Counted from the stretch's first letter, positions 14,309 through 27,184 are shown. The stretch is DNA of 64,000 nucleotides from Octopus vulgaris (GCA_951406725.2 OX597822.1:17670001-17734000); one strand, 5' to 3'. Program-made: numbers and translations. The notes: generated by a model not told the origin, from the sequence alone.

Positions 14309-17300
14309 CTGTAAAAGTGTGATGTATGTGGGTAATCAGTCCATTTAGCTGTAAAAGGAAAATAGTTGGGAGGAACAACTTACTGCTGAAAGCAGTTGCA
14401 TCACAGTGAAATGAACATAATTTGTTATTTTGCAACACTGACTTTAAAAAGACCTCCAGTTATCACCTGGAAAACAATGGTTCCACCGAACTGACTTATC
14501 CTAAATTCATTGCAGGAAGACAATTTTCTGTGGTGTCTTCACAACATACAAGTTCACAAGGTTTACCACATTAGTTAAATGCGTCAAATTTTGACACAAA
14601 GCAAACAACTTTAAGTGCTCAATATGTACTTTTTTGATTGACCCTGGAAGGATGGAAGGCAAAGTCAATATCAGTGGAATTTGAACTCAGAATGTAAAGA
14701 GCCAGCATGTTTTGTGCTGTACTTGAAAAATTTTAAAGATCCACAAATAACTCTACCAGTTACTTGCAGGTAGTAAAAATAGAAAAAGAGGTAAAATATG
14801 CAATCATTCTAAAATCAAACACATAAAATTGGATACACTTCTACTTTTAATCATCTCAGATAAAAGGTTATCAACTTGTACTAAGGGTATTATGTGAATA
14901 TGTGGGAGGCAGTATTCACATGGCATACAACTGCAACCATATTCACTAAGAAATATTCTTGATTGTCTCCAGGAAAAAGTTATCACTAATGCTACAAACT
15001 TGTCTTTTACCATAATTAAGCATTCTTCTCTCTGAACAGAAAGTTCATTTCTGCCTTTGTTTTAGAAGTAGTTTTTAATTGAAGCAATTCGTATGTATTC
15101 CTTTCATTAAGACAGAATTAAAGTTACAAAACAAAACTAAAATTATATAATTCTGGTACCAAGTTTCTTGCAATCATTATGGTTCTTTTTTCTAAAATTT
15201 TTTTCATTGTTTTCTGTATTTATGTGTATATAACACGTACTTGCTTATGATGTACTCCATTGTTTGAGAGCAAGGAAAGAGTAGAAATCTATAAACACAC
15301 TTCCTTTTGTTTAGGATAATTATCTTTAAGGAAGGTGGCATAATTAATAATTAAAGTAGCAGAATGAGCAATCTACAAAAATAACTTGACTTTCCCGAAT
15401 TCCTGACATAAATAAGTAAATTCTTCAAATTAGGTGAATTGTGTGTCAACCCCATCTTTTCTTTTTCAAGAAGGTTTTTGAATTTCTAACAGTGCAGCAT
15501 TAGAAATTCTGTGTTGTACTTTATTCCATCTTGTAATATATATATATATATTGTGCTGTTTGGATGTTGTTTGACTTGTTTCCTATGATAGACATATCTT
15601 AATTCATACATTTCTCTTACAAAAATTTACAAAGTAATATTTTTTTTTCTAATTTTGTTTTTAATGAGGAGGAATGTCTATGAGCAATGCCACCTTAATA
15701 AGTTTACTAATTTTTTTTAATGATGAAATTGAGAAATAAAAACAATCAATAACAATAACCTATTTTCTAATTTAGGCACAAGGCCAGCAATTTTAAGGGT
15801 TTTGGATTTGGTAAATTCCATTGATTCCAGTACTTAACTGATATTTTATCATTTCTGGAAGTATGAGAGCCAAAGTTGGTGTCCGAAGGGTTAAATAACA
15901 ATTAACCTGATCAGTTCAATTTCCTTGCCAGCTGCCAAAAGAATCCTCATTGGAGCATAATTTCATATAAAGACAAAATACCAATTGGAGTTCATATATT
16001 CATTTCTTTCCAAATTGGTCTGAAGCTGAATAAAAAGCACGCTACTGGAGGAATGAAAGAGAAGAAAGTTATTCTAAAAAATCAAAAAAAATCTTTTAAA
16101 TGTGATGACATTCTGTTTCAATTCAACTGCTCAGGTTATCTGTAAGACAGGATTTGATGTTAAGATATCAAGATGAGAGATACATCGACCTTCTTTTCTA
16201 TAATGGAACATTTCTTAATGATGGCTGAACTAATCTAATCAACCAAAAGAACATTTTAAATACTCCAATGGGAAGTTTATCATCATCTAAATATAGGAAT
16301 ATTTACAAAAGCAATTTTCTTTGTGCAAGTGAAGAATATTGAAGCAGGAACAACCAATTGCAAAAAAAAAAAATGAATAAATAATAAAATAATAATAATA
16401 ATAGTAAATAAATAAAAATGACCTCTTTTGTTGGTAAATAGTATTAAGTGAAGGAAATAAATTGGCATAAAGAAAATCTGATACTGACATAGTTTAACTG
16501 TAGGCAAGGTAAATAAGCAGAGGTTAAAACTACTCCAACTTGTTTAATCAATATCAATGTATAAAAAAATACAAAGCAAAATAACATTAAAGCTTCTATA
16601 CTAATAATTTTATGCATGCATGCCTGCGTGTATACATGCACATACATACATACATAGACAGATAGGTGCATATATATATGTGATATATGTTATGTGTTAT
16701 ATATATATATGTATATATATTTAGCTAAGTTTCTTATATGGTTAAAGAGAATATATATATATATTGGAGTGACTGTATAAAAACCATAATAAAGATGATG
16801 ACGACAAATCTCATGTTATCACATTTAAAGCTTGCCGGATATAGATAAAACCATTATATAATATAAAAACATTGCTATATTTTCCAAGTTCGGTACATAT
16901 ACACATGCATATATATATATACACATGTTGATAAATACATAAAGTAAAATGCATACTTATGGAAGTGCCCACATATGCAAACACACACACATATACACGA
17001 GTGCTGAGAGAGGGAGAGAGAGACAAAAGCATATTCACTCACTGACTCATGCAGGCATACATAAATTCCGTTTGGTACAGGCACAAATATGCTTCTACAT
17101 AAAAGCAGCACATACTCACACAGTCGTGTGTGTGTGTGTGTACGTACGTACACAGATATGAGTGCATATTCACAAACTTCTGCCTGCACACACACACACA
17201 CACAAGTATTTCCCTCACTGACTGACTACTAGTACAGTCTGGTCTTTTTTTTCTACCTGCATTCAATTATCTTTTTTTTGTTTTTGTTTTTTCTTCTCAC

Positions 17301-18560
17301 TCTTTTTCCACCAATAAAATAGTTTAACCAAGTTATTAAATAGCTATTAGAAAAAAAAATCTGATCTACTTTAGCAGGAGATCAAATAGCATTCTGTTGG
17401 AGAAGAAAGAAAGGAAAAAAACATAAGGAGAGCTATAGGAAATGATTGAATGCAAATGGTGTGGAGAGAGAGAGAGAGAGGGGGGTGTTGGGGGGGGGGG
17501 GTACACACACACACAGGCAAAAAATAAATAAATAACTGTTCTCATCAATTGTAATCATAAGGGATTCCATTGGTAGATAATTCTTGATAATGTGGACAGT
17601 ATTAACAGCAAGTTCTATTGCGTGCATGACTCTTTCCATTCTCTCATCAACATAATATTTATGCATTTTTTTTTGCATTGTATCTTTTTATTTAATTTTT
17701 CTATTTTTAAATTCTTTCAGTAAATAAATAAATAACTGAATCCCGTGAATGGAAACAGAAAGGAATTTATTGATGTTGTTTTATTCAGATTGTTCTTTAC
17801 CTAACATGAGGGATGTACTTTTAGAGTGGGATTTGAGTTTTACTGAAAATCAAAAGTATGGTTTAGTTCCAATTTCTGTGTGGTGTGGCCCTTGTCCTGC
17901 TTCTGCCCTGCCATTAACATCTTTGAGAAATGCATAAACAACACAACTTGTGAGGTTTTCCTGTTTCCTATCCTCATGCAGGCATGGTTTTCTATTCGGT
18001 CCATTTTGCCCAATGTGTTACCTTGAGCAAGTGTCATCTATTAGAGTCCCAGGGCTGAACAATGTCTTGTGAGTTGATTTGGTTGATGGAAACTCAAAGA
18101 AACCCATCGTATGTGTGTGTGTTTTTGGAATGTGCTTTTAACAAATCCCCATCTGAATGACAATCATCATGACTCAATCTACAAGGCTTTTGTACATTAT
18201 ACTTTTGAATTATAAGTTCTGTGCATTCAGCAGGCTTCAGAATTGTTTCTGTGTATTTAGTGAACCATCCAGCTCCTGTTATCTTGGGAGATGGACATTC
18301 AGTGATGATGGATGGAGTTATGTATATGTGGGCATGCTTTCTTGGTTGAGATTGTCCATCAGATCCAATGGCCACTATGTTCTTCCCTATTGGATAACTT
18401 TACACCCCAAATCCCTGCCATGGTCACAGACAGGTTCTCGTTAATGTTGGCTTATCTCTCAATGTTATCATCATCATATGTCTACTTTTCATGATGCATG
18501 GGTGGGACAATATTCATATCAAATATATTCATATAGCTATGATAAAGATATTTATAAACT

Positions 18561-19410
18561 ACTAGCATTAAAGACCCGTCGTTGCCGGGTCATAGTGCTA
18601 GTGCATGTATATATGTGTATATATATATGTGTACATCTATATATATACATCTACACATAAATTACAAAATACAAAGTTATATCTTGATATCGCTAGTGAT
18701 AACAATACTCAAAATATATAACAGACTGGAATTGTTAACCCATCTCTTGCAATTTCGATCAATTGTATCTTGTCCTCCCTCTTGTACAGAAGTGTGGCTA
18801 CAATCCAGCCTACCTCAACTTCTGGGGAGGGGGCATTTTTTATTTTTTTCCAGGATGTCCTATGTCCCAGATATAAAGGTAAAAATAAAATATTTCCACT
18901 TTGCAAGTTTGAGTCGAGTACTCCCTTGCACACTCCGTTGACTCGAAACTTGCTTCTATTGTGGCGAATTTACAGCCTTTGGTTAGATACTTGATATCTT
19001 TCATAGTCAAACCAAGACACTTTTCGATGGTGCTTTCCTCCAGGTGTTCAAATCTTTTTTTCTCTACATTGTATACTTTATAGACAGTAGTCTATTCTTT
19101 AATTTAATTTTTTATTATCCATCTGGACTATTCCATTTCTGCACGCTAATTTTATTTTTAATTTATTCCCATTCATGTGAAACCACTTATTTAAGTTCAA
19201 GTCATTGATGCAATTTTATACCAATTGCTATTTTTTCTTTTGTTATGTTACGATTATATTATACTTTAGTTTGATTTTAATTATTGCTTACTACATATAA
19301 TTCAATTGTTATTATTTTTATTGTTAAAGTGAAAGTATCTGACATAAAATAAACATTTTTGTTTCACTTTTAACACATAATACTGAAATAGTGGAGAAGA
19401 TATGATATTG
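18561..19410 (+). mobile_element. Possible non-autonomous Helitron/HINE-like element
   Basis: 5' actagc followed by the GC hairpin gacccg-tcgttgc-cgggtc, resembling Lep1/DINE-1-type termini; second hairpin at ~18903-18953. The 3' boundary is a guess. Confidence 0.35.
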
Positions 19411-19874
19411 CTATGGGCTAAAAACATTGACAGTCAGGTGATACAAAAAAGGGACAACAAAACATCCAGGTAGACAATAGAAACAAAAGGTCAGGTCATT
19501 CGGTGTTTTCCTTCCTCAGTCGATTTGCTGATTATCTTTACAATTTCAGCTGGTTATACTCGAGATTGCTCCAATCTGGCTCACGTAAAGGGAATAACTA
19601 AGCTAAGAGCATTAGATTCCTTCAAAGTAAGCTGCAAATGTATACTAAAACAAAGATGGAAAAAAATGGAGAATGTTACTCGAATACAAATGCAATTAAC
19701 AAGACATAACAACAGGTGTCTTTCGACTAAGGACTAATTAAATTAAGCTGGCATGTGTGGAAGTTAGCCTTACGGCAGGGATATAAGTTTTAACAGGCAC
19801 AGGGAGGAATATAGATGTTGCGCGGATGTATATATATAGGTATATATATATCATCATCATCATCGTCGTTTAAA

Positions 19875-19904
19875 GTCCGCTTTCCATGCTAGCATGGGTT
19901 GGAC
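19875..19904 (-). other. RTE 3'-terminal stem-loop (probable RT recognition signal)
   Basis: Perfect 14-nt palindrome CCATGCTAGCATGG (19884-19897) enclosed by GTCC/GGAC. Recognisable in the truncated copies and in some SINE tails. Confidence 0.7.
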
Positions 19905-20016
19905 GGTTTGACTGTGGGCTGGTGAACCAAATGGCTGCACCAAGCTCTAGTCTTGATCTAGCAGAGTTTCTACAGTTGGATGCCCTTCCTAACGTCAACC
20001 ACTCCGAGAGTGTAGT

Positions 20017-20345
20017 GGGTGCTTTTACATGCCACCGGCACGGGAGCCAGTCAGGCGGTACTGGCAACGACCTCGCTCGAATTTTTACACATGGGCCAGT
20101 CAGGCGGTACTGGCGACGACCTCACTCAAAGTTTTTACACATGCCAACGGCACAGGTGCCAGTAAAGCGATGCTGGTAATGATCCCGCTCAAATGGTGCC
20201 TCCTACATGCCACCGGCATGGAAGCCAGTTAGCCGCTCTCACAACGATCATGCTCAGATGGTGCTCTTAACACTCTACTAGCATGGGGCACAAGTGCCAG
20301 TTATGCGAGGCTGGCAACGATCACGCTCGTATGGTGCTTGTACCC
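20017..20345 (-). repeat. About five diverged ~50-70-nt tandem units in the RTE 3'UTR
   Basis: Plus-strand unit ~ggtgcttttacatgccaccggcacgggagccagtcaggcggtactggcaacgacctcgctcgaat recurs about five times. Confidence 0.8.
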
Positions 20346-20494
20346 GTCATCAAATTTCACTTTGATTTTGATTTCAGTTTCGATTTCACTTGCCTCAACA
20401 GGTCTTCGCAAGCAGAGATTAGTGTTCAAAGAAGGAAAAGGTATGCACAGGTGGGCCGGTTACACCCCTGGCACAGGCAAACGAGGTTACGGTC

Positions 20495-23400
20495 TTATTT
20501 GGCTTGCCAGGTCTTCTCAAGCACAGCATATTTCCAAAGGTCTCGGTCACTAGTTATTTCCTTGGTGAGGCCTAAATTTCGAACGTCGTGCTTCACCACT
20601 TCATCCCAGGTCTTCCTGGCTCTACCTCTTCCACAGGTTCCCTCAGCCACTAGGGTGTGGCACTTTTTCACACAGCTGTCCTCATCCATTCTCACTACAT
20701 GACCATGCCAGTGCAGTTGTCTCTCTTGCACACCACGTCTGATGCTTCTGAGGTCCAACTTTTCTCTCAAGGTAGTTACACTCTCTCGAGTATGCACACT
20801 GACATTACACATCTATCGTATCATACTGGCTTCATTCCTTGCGATCTTACGCATATCCTCAGCAGTCACATCCCATGTTTCACTGCCATGTAGCATGGCT
20901 GTTCGTACAGTCTACCTTTTACTCTGAGTGAGAGGCCCTTTGTCACCAGCAGGGTTAAAAGCTCTCTGAACTTTGCCCAAGCTATTCTTATTCTAGCAGC
21001 TACACTTTCAGAGCACCCTCCCCCACTACTAACTTGGTTACCTAGGTAATGGAAACTATCAGCTACTTCTAGTTTTTCTCCCTGGAATGTGGCAGAAGTT
21101 GTTCTCTGCGCATTGTCAGTGTTTATTGCACCTGAGCATCTGCCACATACAAAAGCTATCTTCCCAGTTAGCCTTCCTTTGATATTAATGCACCTCTTAT
21201 GTGTCCATAGCTTACACTGGGTACACCTTATAGAGTTTCTACCAATACCTCTACTACAGATCTAGCAGGGCCATCTACCTGAAGAGATTTGTGGTTTGCC
21301 TGCCTTCCTGCTTATTAGGACTTTGGTTTTAGCTACATTGAATCTAAGGCCCTTTGATTCTAATCCTTGTTTCCACACTTGAAACTTCTCTAATTCTGAT
21401 AGTGACTCAGCAATTAGAGCAAGATCATCAGCATAGAGGAGCTCCCAGGGGCATCCTGTCTTGAATTCCTCTGTTATTGGCTGGAGGACTATGATAAATA
21501 GGAGGGGGCTGAGGACTGAACCTTGGTGGACCCCAACCTCTTCCCTGAATTCTTCAGTGTACTCGTTGCCAACCCTCACCTTACTTACAGCGTCCCTGTA
21601 CTTGGCCTGTACAGATCTCACTAACCATTCATCTATCCCTAGTTTCCTTATTGACCACCAGATAAGGGATTGGGGGATCCTGTCAAAGGCTTTCTCCATG
21701 TCAACGAAAGCGAGGTACAGGGGCTTATCTTTGGCTAGGTATTTCTCCTGCAGCTGTCTTACCAGAAATATAGCATCAGTGGTGCTTTTCCCTGGCACAA
21801 AACCAAACTGTATCTCATCCAAACTGACTCTCTCCCTAATTAGTTGGGCTATGACCCACTCTGTGACCTTCATTACCTGATCTAACAGCTTGATACCTCT
21901 GTAGTTATTTGTATCTAAAGCGTCACCTTTACCTTTGTAGCAGTTGACTATTATGCTGGTACACCAGTCATTGGGTATGACTCCTTCGTGTATCACCTGG
22001 TTAACTATACGGGTGATCAGGCTAATGTCAACACTGCCAGATATTTTGAGCATCTCTGCAGTAATTCCTGAGGGGCCTGGGGCTTTCCCTGTCTTCATAC
22101 TTTTAATTGCTTTAACTACCAAGGTACTGTCAACTCGGATAGCTGGTCCCTCTGTTGGGTGGACAATCGGCAGACTCTCTTTCCCCCATTCATTTTGTTT
22201 GTTCAGCAACCTTTCATAGTGGCGTCTCCAAATCTCTCTCTTTGCAGCCTCATTTAGTGCAAGAGAACCATCATCCAGGCGAACACATTTCTCTCCTACA
22301 ACATCACAATTCTCTCTCACACACTGTCTTGCATCACGAAATACCTCAAATCTTTGGTCCTCATGGCACAGAACATTGGCAAATTTTTTCTTATCTGCTT
22401 CCCCTCTGGCTAAGTAAACCTGTCTCCTAGCTTCTCTTCTGGCAGTCTGATACAATTCCCTGCTACCACCATTCTTCTAGTCCTTCCAAGCCTGTCTCTT
22501 TTCTCTAATAGCCCTATCTACAACATTGTTCCACCACCATGTTATTTTGGGTCGAGAGGGGACTTTATACCATCCACAGATCTGGTCAGTGGCTCTCAGC
22601 AGGTTGTCCCGTCGAAACCTCTAGTTGTCTTCTACACTATGTGAATCTATATCCCCTTCTATTTCGTCAACGGCTTCGAGTAATATGTCTCTAAATCTCT
22701 GTCCATTCGCAGGATCTTTAAGCTTCCAGACCCTTCTTCTCCATGTTGGTCGTCTTCTGGGCATCCACTTAGTCCTGATCCTAAAGTCACTAACTACCAA
22801 TGTTGTGGGGTACATTCTTCACCTGGGAAGATTTTGGCATTTATAAGCAGCCATCTTTCCCTTTTTCTGGCAAGGATGTAGTCAATTTGGCTAGTATGTC
22901 GGCCCGATCATTAGGTGACTGGTAGATTTCCTGAAGTTAGTATTGCAAACCATAAGATCATTTGCATCGCAGAACTCCAGCAGCCTGGTTCCCTCCTTAT
23001 TGCGGGAACCATAGCCATAGCCTCCATATACGCCATGGAAGCCCTGTGTATGTTGTCCAACATGTCCATTGAAGTCACCAGCCACAAAAAGAAGGTCGCT
23101 GTCGTTCGTCAACGAGGTAGTCTGCAGTAGGGTGTCATAGAATTGGTCTTTCTGTCCATCAGGTAGCCCCAGCTGAGGGGTATAGGCCGATATAAAGGTT
23201 GCTAACCCATGGTAAAGCACTAATCTAATCTTAACTATTCTGTTGCATAATTCTACCTCAATTACCTTATCTACCCATTTTTCAGCGAGAAGTATACCAA
23301 CGCCCCTGACCCCGTCAGTGTTCCCCGCCCAGAAAATCTTCTACCTGCATTCTTTGCCTGTGAGGAACCTTACAGAACCTCCTCTCCACCTTACTTCTTG

Positions 23401-23553
23401 GATGCAGCATATATCAACACATCTCCGTTCAAGCATCTCAACAATCTCACTAGACCTACCTTTCAGTGTGGCAACGTTGTGAGTGCCAACCCTGAGGGTG
23501 TGGGAGGGATGGGCCCGTGAGACCCTGGGATTGGGGACAGTGGCTTCATGTAC
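20495..23553 (-). pseudogene. Disrupted RTE polyprotein (APE - RT with PHD-like insert - C-terminal domain)
   Basis: ORF pieces 23341-23553, 22891-23220, 22621-22815, 21262-22455 and 20495-20812 are colinear parts of one RTE ORF broken by stops (e.g. TAG at 21262-21264) and frameshifts. Confidence 0.93.
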
Positions 23554-23584
23554 CTGAAAAGAAAAAAACTCGCATTTGGCAGAA

Positions 23585-23587
<3 letters not shown>

Positions 23588-23641
<54 letters not shown>
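23588..23641. repeat. (TA)n microsatellite at the RTE 5' junction
   Basis: Pure TA run. Confidence 0.95.
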
Positions 23642-23644
<3 letters not shown>

Positions 23645-24632
23645 TGTGTGTGTATATGTATATATGTATATAATAACAATAATATTAATAATAATAATTC
23701 TGGGATGGAATTTATAAATATTTAATACATTGCTACATGCATTTCCATCAATCAAATGCTTTTGACATCAGTCAGTATCCTTGAGATTAGTTCTATATAG
23801 TTCGTATTATCCGTGGGCATCCGGTCGATCATCATCATCGATTCATTTCATCGGATGATACTGCATTATTGGATGAATCACAGAGGGATGTTTATCCCTT
23901 CTTGCCAGTATGAAGGCCAATCTTGCTGTGTGGGTATTTCTCTATGTACTTGGGAGGGAGAGGTAGGTGATGGGATTGGAGGAAGGGATGGTATTAATCT
24001 GAGGATCTCCATATTACTACCATTAGAAGATATATATATGGGTGTGTATATGTGTTTGTCCCCCCACCCACCATCACTCGACAATTGATGTTGGTGTGTT
24101 TACATCCCATAACCTAGCGGTTCGGCAAAAGAGACCGATAGAATAAGTACTAGGCTTACAAAGAATAGATCCTGGGGTTGATTTGTTCGACTAAAGGATG
24201 GCCAAAGTTGAATGAGTGGAATAAAAAGAATAAAAGAATATATAGATAAGTGATGAAGGTATATGACATGTTTATGAATATATGTGTGTTGGTTGGGTTG
24301 GTGTGATATATTTATGAATATAGGTATCTTTATTGCATATTCTTATCTTTTACCATAATCATTTAAAGGTAGAAACTTAGGATAAATATTGATCCTAAGT
24401 TGTTCAGATATTTGGGCAGTCATTATTTTTTTCTTTAATTGAATTTCATATTAATGCAAAGAAACTAGTTCCAGACTTAAGGTTTTTTTTTAACTATTTT
24501 ATTTGTTAATACTTTAAGTGCAGACATTTGCAGGTATTTAATTTTAATTGATGCCAGGAATATTTCTTGGCCTCTTTCCAAGAGGTGATATTCCAAAAGT
24601 GTATTTCTACAGCCATGAACTTCTTTCTTTGC

Positions 24633-24664
<32 letters not shown>

Positions 24665-25598
24665 ACGTGCATGCATGTATGCATGTTGTACAGGCTGAAT
24701 AGATTTAAATCTCTACCCTGTCGAGCCACTTATATATATTTTCTATTATACGAATGTCTTCAGTTTGGCTTCTAGTTCTTCAGTACACCTTCCGTTCCTT
24801 AGACTGGCTCATGTCATTCCTTCTTTAAGTCACACCTGGCCTCTTTATATTCTTGCTTCCTTATTCATTTCTCATGGACCTCTAAACCTTTTCAGTTCAG
24901 TCTACAGTTGTTGTCTTGACTTCCACTCTCTTGCTTCCACTAAAATCCAATTTCATTGCAATACTTCTGAGTGTTTACATTTAAAGCAAACAACAGAAGC
25001 CATTTGATCTTCTTAATCGATGTCTCCCACTCACATTTCTCACACTTCCTACTTCCGCATCTTAACCTTTATTCATCTCCCCTGTCTTCCCGTAGACTTT
25101 CCTGTTAACTGGATAGTTTAGTTTATTGCTTTGTCTTTCATAATGTCATTTACCAAAACCTCCCTGGGCACTTGATCACAAACAGACGTGAACCATTCAG
25201 TAATGCCATCAGCTTTCAAGGTCAGCTTAACTCTGAAGATCTTCCTCATAGCAAAGCTGGAGTTATATTACACTTTGGTAACCCTTCTGGAAGTAATTAT
25301 ATTCCTTACCAGCCTTAAGGAATCTTCCCCAAGTAACCTGGCCTCCCTGTGAGGATCAATTATGAATCAGTTGTGTTCATTTTGTTCTTGTGACAAAGCA
25401 GAGCCATATATCAGAACTTTTAGATTTGTTCCCATTGCTAGACTCTCCATTGACCCAACTCGTTTTTAAGGTTTTAAGATTCAAGATCTTCACTGCATCA
25501 GTCGAGGGTGCCTGTGTGCTTTGTAGTAGTCTTCATATAATATTGCAATCTTCATTGTGAAGGAGAACCGTCCAGTGGCAGAGGAGATTCAACATGAC

Positions 25599-25663
<65 letters not shown>

Positions 25664-26647
25664 ATGTCTAAATATTGAAATTGATTAAATCCATCTCTTC
25701 ATTACTTAACTATTTCATCTGTTCCTTTTTATTTTTCTTATTAAATATTGAACTAACCATATTTTTCTTACACTCTGTCTTTTTGTTTTTATAAACATTC
25801 TACATAACAAGTCCCTACAGCATGAGCAAACAAATGTCAAAGCTGTATTTCCACCCCACCCTCTCAATAATAGAATTCTCTCAGGCTTTTTATTTAAAAA
25901 AAGACAAAAAACGATGCATATATCCAAATAGTGTGGATGACACCCACACTTTCAATCATTCAATTATTGAAAAGAGCAACCCTGGAAGGTACGCTACCAT
26001 TTCACTAATCCTCCTCCCACCAATGTACACATAAAGTTAAGTACTTGAGTAATGTAGATAGATATACATATGTGTGTGTGTACATATGCATATGTATGTA
26101 GGCATATATAACTATACAGGTGAGAATGTATGTGCAAATGTATGTGTTCATATGAACTAGAAAAAATGTGTGTGTGTAGATATATATCTGTTATGTGTGC
26201 GTATGATGTATGTGTGAGTGTGTGTGTGTATGTATGTATATATATATATGTATGTCAAACTGATCTCAGGTTGTGTTGTGCTGAGTGATTCTATAGATAA
26301 GAGATTTGGGTGTGTCTGTGGTGGGGTTGGGGTTTATTAATAAGTGCAGGAGTTAAGGAGTGTTGATGAACAAGAGCTGAAAGAAAAGAGTGAATGATGA
26401 AAATGATAAATAGAAATTTATTTATACAAATAAATAAGCCACCTAATAATTAAATAATTTACTGAACCATTTCTTATTTTGATTACAATTTAATGACTTG
26501 TACTAGCTTTGTGTATTTTATTTAATTTTAAAGTATTTAATGATTTAAGTATTGTTTTAGTTTTCACTTATGTATATTTAGTTTTTTCATTATATATATA
26601 TATATCAAAGTATATTTGTTAATTATTTTATTGTTCTAGTTTATTTT

Positions 26648-26734
26648 TAACCCGATGAGTGACTATTTATATCAAAGTGATTTCTCTTCTACTATCATCA
26701 TTTCTTAAATATTGCCACGAAACACGTGTCGTTA
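26648..26734 (+). ncRNA. Minimal type I hammerhead ribozyme motif (core U4>C)
   Basis: Stem I UAAC/GUUA; core CCGAUGA; stem II GUG...CAC with a long insert; GAAA; palindromic stem III CACGUG; GUC cleavage triplet. Confidence 0.7.
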
Positions 26735-26989
26735 TTCTACAAATTATATACGTTATTATTATTTTTTTGCAATTTACTTAATCATTGACATTTTATTATT
26801 ATTTTAATTTTAATATTTCTATTATATGTAATTTTCTAGATGGTGTAATTCAATTGTTCATTTTGAATTGATAAAAGGTGGTTTTTTTTCTAATTTTTTA
26901 TATATATATTATATTGTGTGAAATTTGATTTAGTATTTCTAAATTGAATTTTTTTCCTTGTAAGTTTTGGATTTTATTCCCTCAAGTAA

Positions 26990-27040
<51 letters not shown>

Positions 27041-27147
27041 CAATTTAGAAATACTAAATCAAATTTCACACAATATAATATATATATAAAAAATTAGAAA
27101 AAAAAAACACCTTTTATTAATTCAAAATGAACAATTAAATTACACCA

Positions 27148-27183
<36 letters not shown>

Positions 27184-27184
<1 letters not shown>

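Larger units (their letters stand above)
19851..23588 (-). mobile_element. Near-full-length RTE-clade non-LTR retrotransposon, inactivated
   Basis: APE motifs (TLRVGTHNV, CIQEVRW, GDFNGHVG), RT motifs (KAPGPSG, NYRGIKLL, QFGF, DMEKAFD, GVHQGSVLSP, LLYADD), RTE C-terminus (WHGHVVRM...GRGRARKTW), (GAT)n tail, flanked by (TA)n on both sides. Confidence 0.97.

Noticed and set aside
17789-17855. Plus-strand exon-like segment (ttttattcag...gtatgg); similar case at 30762-30793
   Set aside because: The signals are moderate and expected by chance in AT-rich DNA, and no consistent plus-strand exon chain was found.
19420-19826. Possible hammerhead in the repeat-like block beside the RTE tail (minus strand CUGAGGA...GAAU near 19495-19525)
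   Set aside because: Stems I and III and the GAAA/UH geometry do not fit. The block looks like an interspersed repeat that I cannot classify.
20017-20345. Repeat-spacer array next to an RT gene (CRISPR-, retron- or DGR-like)
   Set aside because: The whole unit is repeated and diverged, with no independent spacers, and it lies in the 3'UTR of an ordinary APE-type LINE.
21461-22430. Plus-strand ORFs of 91-139 aa
   Set aside because: Antisense shadows of the RTE RT frame.
24760-25600. Possible ancient LINE (Tx1/L1-like) remnant on the minus strand
   Set aside because: Only a vague PVNRK...CEKC resemblance with many stops; not supportable without a search.
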